Notes: generated from the letters alone by a model not told the origin. A DNA stretch of 64,000 bases from Trypanosoma brucei (GCA_000002445.1 CP000067.1:672001-736000), one strand, 5' to 3'. Positions 1 through 11,264 are shown, counted from the stretch's first letter. Numbers and translations are program-made.

Positions 1-388
1 ATACGACTGGGTGAATTTTCCTGACTGGTGGCCACTGAAGTTCCCTCAACAGACGGAAGAGGAACGAATGATTTATGAACGGCAGCGCGACGAGGAAGTG
101 GAGCGGCGAAAACGCGCTTTCCTTGAGACTGATGATGGGGCCCTCATTAAGCGCGTCAATCGGGCAAAAAAATACAGAGATTTATAGCGATTTTCATTCG
201 TCCGCGCCTTTGTGTAGCTAGAACGGTTCGATGGGCAAATGGACTTGTGATACCCATATCGTGTGTGTTGGCAATTGGATGAAGGTGAACGCAGACATCA
301 AGTTCGGACAACATAGGCTCAGAATAACGTAAGGGAAAGTATTGTAAAAAGGTAGAGGGACCTCTCCACTACTCGCGTACCATTACGA

Positions 389-466
389 TTCTTCGCTGTT
401 ATTTTGAATCTTTAATTTACATTCCTGTCTGTATTTTGTCGTCTCTTTGTTGCTGTGTCGTATAGA
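389..466 (+). promoter_or_regulatory. Polypyrimidine tract followed by AG, a putative trans-splice acceptor region for the downstream cardiolipin synthase gene
   Basis: CT-rich run (cttcgctgttattttgaatctttaatttacattcctgtctgtattttgtcgtctctttgttgctgtgtcg) ending in an AG, about 190 nt upstream of the first in-frame ATG at 653. This is the typical kinetoplastid arrangement. Confidence 0.5.
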
Positions 467-652
467 GGAAGGGAGGGGGGGCTGCGCGGTTTACAATCTT
501 TCGTTGCAGTCCAGGAGGATAGTTACATTTGCACTAACTTGTAGTAGAAACCTCACCCGAGCAGATCGTGTCCAAATACCGGCTTACCACATACTCTCTC
601 CTGTGTGAAGCAAACATTTCAACGGGGAGTAGGTGGAGAAAACTGGTGGGGG

Positions 653-2572
653 ATGACCTTCAATGGAAGGTTTCGTGCGACGCTGCGCGGCATCAATATT
701 AGAAATGCTTCAATGACTTCGTTGTCATTGACAGGAAGTCATGCACAAAAGCAGACGGTTTTAGGGAGCACTCCGGGGGCATTGGGCACAATACCGACAG
801 TGGCCCTTAACGGAGTGAACCCACTGCCCCGTTACCGGCACAATCTGTTGTTTGGTACACTTTCATTTGGAGATCGCTGGGATCGTATTCAGCGTCGGTT
901 GGCTGTTCTTGGGCGGGCGTCTACTGGAAATGTGGTAGTTCCGTTTAGTGACAGTGCTGACGCTTTCCGACGTATGTGGGAGTCTGTCGATTCTGCCAGT
1001 GATTCGGTCCTGTGGCAAACGTACATTTGCAAGGACGATTTCGTCGGGCAAAAAACGGTCAAGAAGTTAGAGGAAGCGCATCGTCGCGGGTGTAAAACAG
1101 AGTTGCTGTACGACTGCGGGGGAAACATAACTGGACGCAGGCGGCTGGTGGGTGACCTCAAAAAGTCTGGAGCTAACGTCATTGAACATCGTCCCATGTG
1201 GGAACATTTTTTCCCCTACTTCCTCAGGGGGATGAAGTGGGAGCTCAGTCCAGGTATACGTAACCACAGAAAAATCCTTATCGTCGACAACAAGTTGGGT
1301 TTCTGTGGTGGCCTCAATATTGGGGACGAGTACTGCGGTACGAGTGAGGGTGGAAATGGACGCTTTAGGGATACACATTGTGTCGTCATGGGTCCCGCCG
1401 TGATGCACATGCGCGAAGTATACGAAGATACAAAGGCGCCAAAGCCATGGAAATGGAGCTTAGCCCGGTGGCGACAGATTGCATCAGCGACAATGAACCT
1501 TCGGTACCTTGAGGGTATGAATGTGAAACATGACTACCTGGAGCCCACCACGACGTTTGTGCGCCAGGGCGGCGGTGTTTACCTCCGCCGCCAGATGGAG
1601 AGAGCGGAACGTAGCACAGTCCGTATGATGGAACGGATGCGATGGAAACGGCAGCGTGAGCGCCTGAATCGATGTCTGCTTACGCTCGCGAAAAACCTTC
1701 GCGAGGGGCAGGGGCTTGTATTCAAAGCCGCAACAGGTAAAGGCGATGACGTGGCAACCACGGATGCGGGAAGCAAGAGAAACAATGAGGTGTCTCATGG
1801 GCAATGGAAACTGATGAAGCGCCGCATCGACGAGTACCGCCAGCGTGCAATTAAAAACGCCGAGGAATCCTTTTTCCGTAGGTTGAGGGTGGTTAACCCA
1901 TCGATGCGCCTCCTTGAAGACACCTCACCCGTTGCGGAAGCTGAGGCATATGGTCAAGCGCATGCCGCTGTGACGCAGGTGCTCTCCTGTAATCCCCACT
2001 CACGTGACTGGTCCATTCCTTATGCCTTTTGGCAAGTGTCAAAGTTTGTTCACCAGAGATTGTGGGTTACCACTCCTTATTATATGCCTCACAGGAAGTT
2101 AATGCGTGCCCTTCAGTTGGCTGCTCGCCGTGGTGTCGATGTCCGCATCCTCGCAGGAAGCAACCGGACAACAGACCCATGGTTCATGTGGTATGCATCG
2201 AATTATATCACGGGTATGCTAATGGCATCGGGGGTTCGCGTCTACGAATATAAGGGAGGGCAGGTGATGCACGCTAAAACAGTGGTAGCGGACAGCATAT
2301 GGACCTCCATCGGGAGTTACAACTGGGACATGATGAGCAATAAGAATATGGAAATTTGTGTTTGCCACCTGGACCACAATTTGGCTCTAACTATGGAAAA
2401 GCAGTTTCTTGACGACATGAATGTGAGCGAGGAGGTGAACTATGAAGAATATCAACGGCGCTCCTTGTGGCTACGGTTCTCCTCGTGGTTTTTCTACACC
2501 GCTTTGCGGATCGCGGAGAAGTTCACGTTTCGAACCTTCTGGGATCCCGATCTCTCCTCCGAGATAGACTAG
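653..2572 (+). CDS. CLS: Phospholipase-D superfamily protein with two HKD motifs, resembling a bacterial-type cardiolipin synthase. The R-rich N-terminus looks like a mitochondrial presequence.
   Basis: Two H-x-K-x4-D motifs, [24 protein letters not shown] at about 1262-1330 and [21 protein letters not shown] at about 2266-2330, each with the GG/S-x-N signature of PLD/CLS enzymes. The track ORF begins at a GTG (605), so the first ATG (653, [13 protein letters not shown]...) is taken as the start. The N-terminus is Arg/Ser-rich. Confidence 0.75.
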
Positions 2573-3686
2573 CAGCTCACGAACCGTGCCCTAGTTGTTG
2601 TTATTACTATTCTGATCTTTCTGTACCTGACCCCTGGCGCTTATGTACAGGGAAGTGTGAAGGAAGATTCTTCGTTACTGAGCGGATCCCCACTCCCTCA
2701 AGGTGTGGTCCGGCCAGCCCAAAAAAAAATAAAATATAAGTAAAGGCACGCGGCTCTAACTGTAAGGCGGAGTCTCGCGATTAAAATAGAATGGACGTAA
2801 AAACAGCGCACAAATCAGTCAGATTTGTTCTTTCTCTTCTCCCACTTTGTTTTTTATTCCCCTTCCCTCGCCACCATACCGCTGGGCCGAGCCACCGTCA
2901 CCGCCATGACTTGCTCAACTAATAATACGTGTTGAGACCCACCACCAGTTGGTGGGTGGCCCTCGACGGATATGGGGAAGGGAGAAGGGGTGCACGAGGG
3001 TGTTAAACTTACACACAGTTTCTTACACGTTTATCGACACTTGAGCATCTGATACTTATAATACGGAAAAAAAGGAGAAAGGAGGAAAACAAAGTGTAAG
3101 GGGTCTATTGGTTATTGACGGCGTTACTAATTCTTTCTTCACCATTGCGTGCGTAACATCAGCACCGTTATTTATTGATATATATATATATATATGTATG
3201 TGGCTTTTTTATTTTTACACTGTTCCTCTTTGTGCCGACCATCACAATTATTACCGCCGTTCTCGTCATTTTCATTTTTCATCCGTTTGGCTAGCGATCG
3301 AGAGGGGAGAACAGAAGTTGTGGGGACGGGGGTTTGGACCCGTTTTGCAACAAGGCGTTTGTTCCTTTGTCCGATCGATGCTGGGCAGTTGCTCACATTT
3401 CGCATCGCTTACGCTTCGTTGATGCTCTTGTACAAAACTTCCTTTTTCGCTCTTACCTCTTTGTTGTTGTTCTCGTTATTGGATGTTATTTTACTATTTG
3501 CAGCGCATAACTCATCTGCTGGTTATGCTGCGTTTTCACAATTTATCTTTGCATACACGTGTCGCACCTTCTCTCTTTGTTTTGTTTGGGTATCTTTCGC
3601 CTACGCTTCGTTAAATTGTCCACTTGCTACTGAGTTTTCCAGCGGTAAGTTGTGTTTTGAGCGTATTCCCTCACCACAACACCGAT

Positions 3687-5027
3687 ATGACTAACAATCA
3701 TGTAGAAAATAATTGCATCGCCCACTTTCTGCGCCAGTCTGGCTCAGGTGAGGTAACCGGAAGGGTACACATGCTGCTGTTAGCAGCCACAAAGAGGCTC
3801 ACAAGTGACATCAGAGAACTCAATAAGGAGGTGCGGCCCCCACCCGAGAAGTTGGGCGCCCTGGAGCGCACCACTCGCAAAATCAAGGAAATTGTTGCAG
3901 CTGCATTCAGTACGAGGCCACTTGACGTGGTTGATTCCACTGAGAAACATTCACGCGGAGTAGTTGACGTTTTGTGCCATGGTAGTCACGTTTACAGCAC
4001 GGCGCTCGCCGATTCGGCTTTGGATATCACAGTCATCACAAACGACAACCCCCGAGCACGTTACTACTGGCGATCGCTGCGCGATAACGTAGAGAGCATG
4101 GAGACCGTTGAAAGCCTTTTATTACTTCCTGTTAAGGGGACGGAAGCTGCGGCTCTGCAGCCGTACCCTGCCTCCCTCCCGGTGACACTGCCATTGCTGG
4201 AGCGTACTGACATGCTGCAGTATTTAAGTACCGTCATCTCAAAATCATCACTATCGCGGGTTAGTATAAATCGTCATTCGCACAACACGTTCGAGCGGAT
4301 TTGCCTTGGTGGCGCTGCGGATGAAATTGGCATGAATTTGACGGTTAATCAGCGCGACTCCGTAGAGGCTTGTGGGGTTTTACGCCAGTTCTTGCGTAGC
4401 AACGAGCCGGTGCGGCATGTGATCATTTTGATGAAAGTAATTCTGAAGCAGCTACATATACACTCTTCACAGCTCACCCCTTACGTCCTGACGTTGATGG
4501 TTGTTGCATTCTCCCGCCATTGTGCTAATGAGTATCCGCTTTGCGGTTCGTTTCATTACCCACACAGACGCAACATGGTGGAATCGGGGTACTTGCTACT
4601 TTCTTTTCTCAGCTTCTTTAGCCCGCCGCCACGTGGCCTGTTCACCCCCACAGACATGCTTATTGTTCCTATGCATCCTGACGGTATCATTAAGCGCTCG
4701 ACGTGTGTGCCCGCCCCATCACCTGGGGAATGCGTTAATAGTTGGAAAGTTATGGATCCCATTTGTCACAATCAAAACGTGGCCGCCTCTTGCAGTGCTA
4801 TCGATCAGTGTCCCCTTTTTTTCGAACGTATACTTAACCGCCTTCTATGTGGTTATTTGGATGCGTCAGTGCTTCCTCTGCAACACGTTGATGTGGAACT
4901 GGCGGATGGGAGCAACAAGTGGGAGGCGAATCATTGCCATTGGATGAATGCTTTTACAGGATGTGGTCGCCCTCTCTTCGCGTTATTAAAGGCGTGGAGA
5001 GCTCACAAGAAAACAGACCTCTCATAG
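3687..5027 (+). CDS. Hypothetical protein, possibly a divergent or degenerate nucleotidyltransferase fold
   Basis: Long ORF with coding-like composition. The track start (3624) is TTG and the first ATG is 3687, which lies just downstream of a roughly 250-nt polypyrimidine tract. The segment VDVLCHGSHVYSTALADSALDITVITND resembles the hG[GS]-x9-11-D-x-D motif of Pol-beta-type NTases, but with non-canonical Asp spacing (D-S-A-L-D). Confidence 0.6.
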   Translation: MTNNHVENNCIAHFLRQSGSGEVTGRVHMLLLAATKRLTSDIRELNKEVRPPPEKLGALERTTRKIKEIVAAAFSTRPLDVVDSTEKHSRGVVDVLCHGSHVYSTALADSALDITVITNDNPRARYYWRSLRDNVESMETVESLLLLPVKGTEAAALQPYPASLPVTLPLLERTDMLQYLSTVISKSSLSRVSINRHSHNTFERICLGGAADEIGMNLTVNQRDSVEACGVLRQFLRSNEPVRHVIILMKVILKQLHIHSSQLTPYVLTLMVVAFSRHCANEYPLCGSFHYPHRRNMVESGYLLLSFLSFFSPPPRGLFTPTDMLIVPMHPDGIIKRSTCVPAPSPGECVNSWKVMDPICHNQNVAASCSAIDQCPLFFERILNRLLCGYLDASVLPLQHVDVELADGSNKWEANHCHWMNAFTGCGRPLFALLKAWRAHKKTDLS

Positions 5028-5635
5028 GCCGTATTTTTGCTGATTCCTCTGAAAGGTGTCCGTTTGATCTTCCGGAGAAAGCAATTAACTTGTTTTGTGT
5101 TCCTGGTTTTACGTTGTTGACGAGTGTTCTCATGTGTTGTTTTGGGTATGAACCCGGCATTTCTTGTTATCATTGCCGTTTCCGTTAGCGTTAACTTTCG
5201 TTACAGAGGACAGACGCATTTTTGTGGGGAGTGTTGATTGCACATATTATATTCGATATATGCCAAATATACCCGTGGGTTATTTTGAGTTTACGTTTGT
5301 TTTCATTTTCCTTTGTTATTTCCGAGACTCGTGAGAGCGATTGTTTTGGTTAGTTTGGCATATACATAAGATGATGGAATTCTTTTTCTTTTATTCTTTC
5401 ATTGGGAACTCTCAAACAAATAAACATAGTGACCGTTGTCTACGGTGTAACAGACGTGTCGTAAAACGTGTTGGTTATGAATGTTACACAAATATCCGGA
5501 CACACGCGCACACACACTTTTTATTTCGTATATGTCACCCTCAGCTATTACAGAAACCCTCTCTTCTACCTTCGTTTTTATTAGTCAGTTGCGTCGAAGC
5601 GGTGTGCCCGTCGCTGCTTGCTTCCGGTTGCATTG

Positions 5636-8600
5636 ATGCATAATCGTCTATACCACAGGGTTATGCTGCGCCGGAGGCCGCAAGGAATTATAGGATCATG
5701 TAGGTTCGGTCTGTCGTACCGCAACGTCTGGCACATCACATCACGACTTTGCAATGCAGGAAACACAGGAAGTCCACAAACAGCGACTGGCGCATCAGCG
5801 GAAACCGCCATAGGAGGGAGAATGGATGACACGAGAGCCCATCAATGGAATGATACAACCCTATTGAATGACATTGCACGCATTCTCTGTCAACTTCTGT
5901 CTCAGCGTGGTACGGCGAAACAGGACAAGTCCGAAGGCTCCCAAGAAACAAAATCTCTTCACGTTCACGAGCTCTTCCGTGAGCTCGGCGTCGAACTTCG
6001 GTATCAGCTGCAAAACTCCTCTTTTGGTCTTTTGGACCGGGCCCTCCAAAGTAAACCGGAATGGTTTGTTCTCAGTGCCAATGGATCGGCAGTGAGTTGT
6101 ACGGAAGCAATGCGGTTGCATCTTGAGGGAATTGGCAGAGAAGGATTCACGGACACAATTCCTGGGGCCGCTAACGTCCCCAACCTTGAGTGCAAAGCGC
6201 GAAGTGTGAGATGCTCCAAGCCCGCAGGTCATCTTATAAGTTGCAAAACCAATGTATTGGTTCACGGTCCTCTGGCCACTACGCCGGTAGACGTGTCTAA
6301 GCCACCAATTACTCCCGAGGAAATCGAGCAGCTGAAGCTTAGACGGCTTATTTGCCCTCTTAATTTGTATTTCCTCCTTGATGGCCCCCCGGTGACTCTG
6401 TTCCCCTCCGGTGACAAGCCACGTCGACTCTCAGATCAGTTCCAAGAGTTGGATGCACTGTATGTTGCAAAGGGGTTCTTCTCGCCTTCTGAAGTTGCGG
6501 CGGCATTTATTCACATTACACCCACGTTTTTCGTGGAAACACGTCATGTTCTTAATGCCATGTCACCTGATGTCGCGCACAGCTTTGAGCGGCACATGTC
6601 AAGGGACCATATCGTTGATGCATTCTTTAAGAAGTATCCCATGATCTTCAAACTAAAAACTGGAAAATTTCAGAAGGCATCGGTGAAGCTAAACCTTGAT
6701 TTTCCGTTTGTTCGTGACTATCCTGGTTGTGGCCGCGCTGATCGCCCCTTGCGACGTTACAATCAGGAGTACCGGGCCACGGTCGGTGGTTTATCGGCTC
6801 GGCCGCTTCCTTCAGCCGAACCGGCGGCGAACGCACGTCGTGGGGAACCGCACATCGACGTGAAAATATTTGAGGTACTTGTGCGAAATTTACCACGGGT
6901 TCCAACAGATCCCACGATTCCAAAGCAGCAGCTCGAGGAACAGCGATGCCAGTCATTTCCTCTGGTTGAGTGGATCAATAAGTTCTCCCAGGATGACATT
7001 GAGACGCTGAATAGTGTGCCACAAGCACGAGTGCTGACGCTCATGACCCGCTACGTCCGAATTTTCCAACTTATGTGCCATGGTGAGGATGGAAACGTGT
7101 TTACAGAATCGAAGTGCCTTGACCAGTTGCGAAATGGTAGGCGAAGTCTTCCCGAAGAGCGGTCGAATGCGTCTCGCGCTGCTTCGGACTCAACCAAATT
7201 AGATGAGGATCTCCAAGGGGAAGTAGTTGATTTCGGAGTTGATGATATAGAAGACGAGGATGGCAAGACGCCTGACACGGCACTGATCGCATCTAAAGAG
7301 GAGGTGAAACGGCGGGAGGCAAATCTGTCGGCTGCGTTGCGGGATGATCTCATTGGCTTGGACGAGATCTTACTTGAAGGTAAGTGTCCCTCAGTCGAAC
7401 CCGTCGAAAAAGATGGCGTTACCTCGGGTCAAGACAATGGGGACAGCGCGTCTCTTAAGAATCCTGAAGACGGGGACGATGAGGTTGATGGTTTTGAGGG
7501 TGGATCCAACTGCGCTGAAGGGGACGACGTTTTCCTTCCTTGCGGCGAAGGGAACGAGGAAACCGAGTTTAGGCGCTCAAGGAACGTAGACTCTTCATTT
7601 CCCAATGAAGAGGAAGGCCAAAGTGGGTTTTACATTCCGTCGCGGTATGACATCATTTACGTCCGTCGTTTGCCCAAGCACATCGCCCCGAGAAGTCTAA
7701 GCGATTATAACGTAGCCACAACTCCCGAGCCTGAGCTGTTGCAGTATCTGGTGGCGTTCCTTAACCCACCACCCTCCCTGCATGGGAATCTTATGATGAA
7801 GAAGGTGCCGCCGCCTCTTAAGTTTGCGGAAGGGAAACCTCCCATGCCTTGGCGCTGGGTTCCCGTTCAACGTATTTACGCCTCGCTCAGCAAAGAGCAA
7901 AAGCGATTGCTCCGGCCCTACAAGGGACTTGTGCACTTCATGCGCCTCCACGGTGAGGTCTTTGAACTCAGTGACGACCTCTTGCATGTTATTGCGCATG
8001 ATCCGCAGGGGAAAATACCTCCGTTTGTTCCTACGCAAACTGTCTTTAACAGTGAGGATCGTGTTTTGCTGCCGCCTACACTTGATGACGACGAGAACTC
8101 GAAGGCATCACTGATTGGGGATACGGAGCGGAACAAATTCCGGAGTATTTTGGGCGCTAGTCAAATACCGACTGATCGCCGCCAACTTCTGCTGCTTGAC
8201 CCGCAGAACCCTCTGCTTGATCATGAAGTGCTGTGTGAGGAGGTTTCTTTCTTCATGCCGGACCATCCCGTTTCCCTCCATCAACTGGTGGCACGACTGC
8301 CACCCATTCTAAAGGCGGCACTTTCCCATCGGCATCGCAACAATTTCAAGTCAAGTAAACACCTCACTGTCTGGTCGGATGGCACTCGTATGATGTTGCA
8401 AAAGAGTAAACTCGGTGTGCCGGAAGCAGCACTTCAGGCGGAGGAAGGTCTTAGCGTAGAGGATGCTGTTGAGTGCATTCGGGAGGTGGTTCCTGATGAG
8501 GGCATTATGGTTGGGCATTTGCAACGCATGTTGCCGAGCGCAGCAAAACGCACGCTCAAGGAGCAATTTGGTGGTCTTCACACTGCTCTACTGGGATATC

Positions 8601-8683
8601 CGCAGTATTTCTACATTGAGAAGAATGGTGAAGACCGCAACAGCAGCATGCTATTCCTCGTAGAACGACTGCAGCACGAGTAA
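5636..8683 (+). CDS. Hypothetical protein (about 1015 aa) with an acidic Asp/Glu-rich central segment
   Basis: Uninterrupted 3 kb ORF on the + strand. The track start (5618) is TTG and the first ATG is 5636. A polypyrimidine tract at 5545-5585 plus an AG lie upstream. An acidic stretch (DEDLQGEVVDFGVDDIEDEDG ... DGDDEVDGFEGG) sits around 7200-7560. I recognise no catalytic motifs. Confidence 0.65.
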   Translation: MHNRLYHRVMLRRRPQGIIGSCRFGLSYRNVWHITSRLCNAGNTGSPQTATGASAETAIGGRMDDTRAHQWNDTTLLNDIARILCQLLSQRGTAKQDKSEGSQETKSLHVHELFRELGVELRYQLQNSSFGLLDRALQSKPEWFVLSANGSAVSCTEAMRLHLEGIGREGFTDTIPGAANVPNLECKARSVRCSKPAGHLISCKTNVLVHGPLATTPVDVSKPPITPEEIEQLKLRRLICPLNLYFLLDGPPVTLFPSGDKPRRLSDQFQELDALYVAKGFFSPSEVAAAFIHITPTFFVETRHVLNAMSPDVAHSFERHMSRDHIVDAFFKKYPMIFKLKTGKFQKASVKLNLDFPFVRDYPGCGRADRPLRRYNQEYRATVGGLSARPLPSAEPAANARRGEPHIDVKIFEVLVRNLPRVPTDPTIPKQQLEEQRCQSFPLVEWINKFSQDDIETLNSVPQARVLTLMTRYVRIFQLMCHGEDGNVFTESKCLDQLRNGRRSLPEERSNASRAASDSTKLDEDLQGEVVDFGVDDIEDEDGKTPDTALIASKEEVKRREANLSAALRDDLIGLDEILLEGKCPSVEPVEKDGVTSGQDNGDSASLKNPEDGDDEVDGFEGGSNCAEGDDVFLPCGEGNEETEFRRSRNVDSSFPNEEEGQSGFYIPSRYDIIYVRRLPKHIAPRSLSDYNVATTPEPELLQYLVAFLNPPPSLHGNLMMKKVPPPLKFAEGKPPMPWRWVPVQRIYASLSKEQKRLLRPYKGLVHFMRLHGEVFELSDDLLHVIAHDPQGKIPPFVPTQTVFNSEDRVLLPPTLDDDENSKASLIGDTERNKFRSILGASQIPTDRRQLLLLDPQNPLLDHEVLCEEVSFFMPDHPVSLHQLVARLPPILKAALSHRHRNNFKSSKHLTVWSDGTRMMLQKSKLGVPEAALQAEEGLSVEDAVECIREVVPDEGIMVGHLQRMLPSAAKRTLKEQFGGLHTALLGYPQYFYIEKNGEDRNSSMLFLVERLQHE

Positions 8684-9467
8684 CACCGACTCGTCCGTAC
8701 CCAATACAACTTTTTTCTTTGCCCTTTTGCAAGCAAGCGGCGCCCGCTATTCTCTTGTAATATCTCACACTCTGGCAAAGGGCGATGGATTTGCCGGTGG
8801 ATGATTATCTTTTTCCGAAAGGAAAAGATATGTTTGGTCCATTTCTGGTGTGTTGGATGGGTCAAGGGGATACCCGTTTGTGTAGTGAACAACAGCCGTT
8901 TTTTTTTCATTCGTGGGAGAAGCTATCGAAACTTTTCTTCGCCGCGTCTAAACTCAGCTTCCTGAAAGATCGAAATGACGTGGAACGCGATGGGAAATCC
9001 AGAGCAAGGCCGCGCAGTTCATATGCCAACTGGGAGTCACTGTATGTTCACCACAGGTGGATGCGCTCATGCGCGTGCGCATACGGGTAAATTTGTTTAC
9101 ATTATTCTGTCGGTTAATCGATGTGGGCTCATTGGCCAATGAAAGTGCTGCCGCATACAAACATAAACAAAAACAAGCAGTCTGGAATGCATATGCTTGC
9201 ATACGTGCTTGTGCATGTACCAAACCGCGGTCAGCGCCATTGGGCTTCATATATCGGCGGTAAGTTCATTAGTCTCATATATTTTGCGATTGTTTAGCAC
9301 ATGCGCACTTACACACCGTTTCCATGACATGTTTTCCCGCTCTGTTCCCTCCTAGCCTCATTGAAATCGTCTTCACTTTCCCTTCTACTACTCTCAAATG
9401 CCAATAACATTGTTCAAATATATCTGCACATATACATATACGTACACATAAGTGAGGTGGTGGCTGC

Positions 9468-11264
9468 ATGAGGGCGGAGCCGAATCCGAGCGTCGGGGAG
9501 CATGACCCACGTGAAAGCGTCTCGTTATCAGACCGGTCAGGGAACATTATGACCGATTGCTGCGCCTCGCTCTTGGACACAGAATGGCCAAACATACTAG
9601 GTGAACGGTGCTTCACTCCATCTGATGAGGAAGTATTATCGAGTGCAACACGGGAGCAACGCATTGAGAGAGGCATTGAGGCACCCTCTTTTGAGTCCCT
9701 ACTACAAGAAATTATGAAGTGTTACCGAGCATTCTGTAACTGCTCAGGGACGGTACATTTTAAACACTTGGAATTTGAGCGTTTTTTGCGGCGCTGTTTA
9801 TTCGCAGCACACGAAACTAATGGATTAAGTGTTTCCTCACCTTTGGAGGGCACTACTTGCAAGCCTTTTTGGTTGCATTACCCTCCGTCATATTTTCTCA
9901 TGGCACATGATGTCGTTCAGAGCGTAGAGTGCGGCACCCCCCATTCTTCCAACGACGACTCAAAAACATCAAGCGCAACAACGGCAACACTGCACCGAAC
10001 ACCATCCGAAGACTTGAGTTTCACCGGTGACAGTGAAAATGAAGCCAAACGGCGAGAGCACCTTCGCCAACTGTATATTCTCTCTGTGCAACCCGTAGTA
10101 CCCCGCACCATACGGAAAAAGCTAGCACAATGCGCGAAGCGGGAGAGTGCTGCCTCTCCGGGAGCTCTAGCTGAAGCAGTGCGGTACATGTTGGATGTAT
10201 ATTTCTTTTTCATACGCATGCAGTTTCTCCCTCCCTTCAACCGGCCGACGGGTTCTATGTACTCGACGTGCGTCCAGTTCATGACACGTGTCCGTGGGCG
10301 TCTGTTAACGCCGGAGGTTGCCGTCCGGTTCACTGAGGTCGCATTAGTCCTGATACTGCTTTCTGTCAAGCACCAGTCTGCTACCCGGTGCGCTTTAGAT
10401 GAGACCACCGACAGCGCGGTGTCATCCCGACTGGAACTTCAGTTTTTGTTCAGCACATACTTTCCGGCATTAGTTGTCGCATTTCTTAGCGCCTCGCCGC
10501 TTCAGTCTATGGAGGAATTGCGGCACTCCCTTACTCGAACTGACTTGGCAGAGTGTCTGCCAACGTTGCAAACCTGTCGGAAGGGGGCGGAGCTCGTTAG
10601 AGAGTTGTTTGACTTCTCGCAAGGGGCCGCTCCGCTGTGGAGTGTTACGCTCAGCGAAGTGGTGGCTTTTGCCACGCAACATTTGCAGCAGAAAGACAAA
10701 GGCAATGAAGATGGTAACAGCCATGCCTGCATCACTTCCGTCCTGGGGGTGCCTTCGTCAGTGGATGACTGCTTGTTTGTTTGCGATGACACAACACTGG
10801 ACTGCCTGTTGCGTTCCGCACCCAAGAGTGTACAAAAGACTGAAGAAGCGGGACATGAGCGGCTAAGAAAAGAAATAAATCAGACATTCCACCGAAACCA
10901 AACTGGCATGAGCCCGGAATCGGATGAATTCCACCGTAAGGCAATGCGGGTGACCTCCTCGTCGCCGAGTGGTCCGTACAACACACTTTACTTTTCCCTA
11001 CACACACTCGCCAACATGGAGAGCCTCAGTCCCACGGCCTTATCCCTTCTGCTCACAGCAATTGAGAAATGTTTGGGACCTAAAGGTGATCTCCAGCCCC
11101 TTTGCACCTTTGCCTCGTCTGAAGTTTGTACATCCCTTCCGGTAATTGCAGCAGAGTTGCTGCGGGTGGTTGTGAGTGTGCTTGAAGCGGAGAGATCAAT
11201 GAAATTCATGGAGGTAATAAATGAAGTTAGGGATTTGGTTTATCGCGGCAGGGAAAGCTTATGA
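9468..11264 (+). CDS. Hypothetical protein (598 aa)
   Basis: ATG-initiated 1.8 kb ORF preceded by a polypyrimidine-rich region at 9300-9420. Coding-like composition, with no recognisable domain by eye. Confidence 0.6.
   Translation: MRAEPNPSVGEHDPRESVSLSDRSGNIMTDCCASLLDTEWPNILGERCFTPSDEEVLSSATREQRIERGIEAPSFESLLQEIMKCYRAFCNCSGTVHFKHLEFERFLRRCLFAAHETNGLSVSSPLEGTTCKPFWLHYPPSYFLMAHDVVQSVECGTPHSSNDDSKTSSATTATLHRTPSEDLSFTGDSENEAKRREHLRQLYILSVQPVVPRTIRKKLAQCAKRESAASPGALAEAVRYMLDVYFFFIRMQFLPPFNRPTGSMYSTCVQFMTRVRGRLLTPEVAVRFTEVALVLILLSVKHQSATRCALDETTDSAVSSRLELQFLFSTYFPALVVAFLSASPLQSMEELRHSLTRTDLAECLPTLQTCRKGAELVRELFDFSQGAAPLWSVTLSEVVAFATQHLQQKDKGNEDGNSHACITSVLGVPSSVDDCLFVCDDTTLDCLLRSAPKSVQKTEEAGHERLRKEINQTFHRNQTGMSPESDEFHRKAMRVTSSSPSGPYNTLYFSLHTLANMESLSPTALSLLLTAIEKCLGPKGDLQPLCTFASSEVCTSLPVIAAELLRVVVSVLEAERSMKFMEVINEVRDLVYRGRESL

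Noticed and set aside
605-652. Track ORF starts at 605, 3624, 5618, 21107, 25795, 30481, 35403, 40728, 43095, 50823 and 59447
   Set aside because: These positions are GTG, TTG or CTG codons in the sequence. Eukaryotic nuclear genes initiate at ATG, so the CDS were re-anchored to the first in-frame ATG.
3194-3694. 166-aa + strand ORF upstream of the 3687 gene
   Set aside because: It is the low-complexity translation of the polypyrimidine tract that serves as the splice-acceptor region for the downstream gene.
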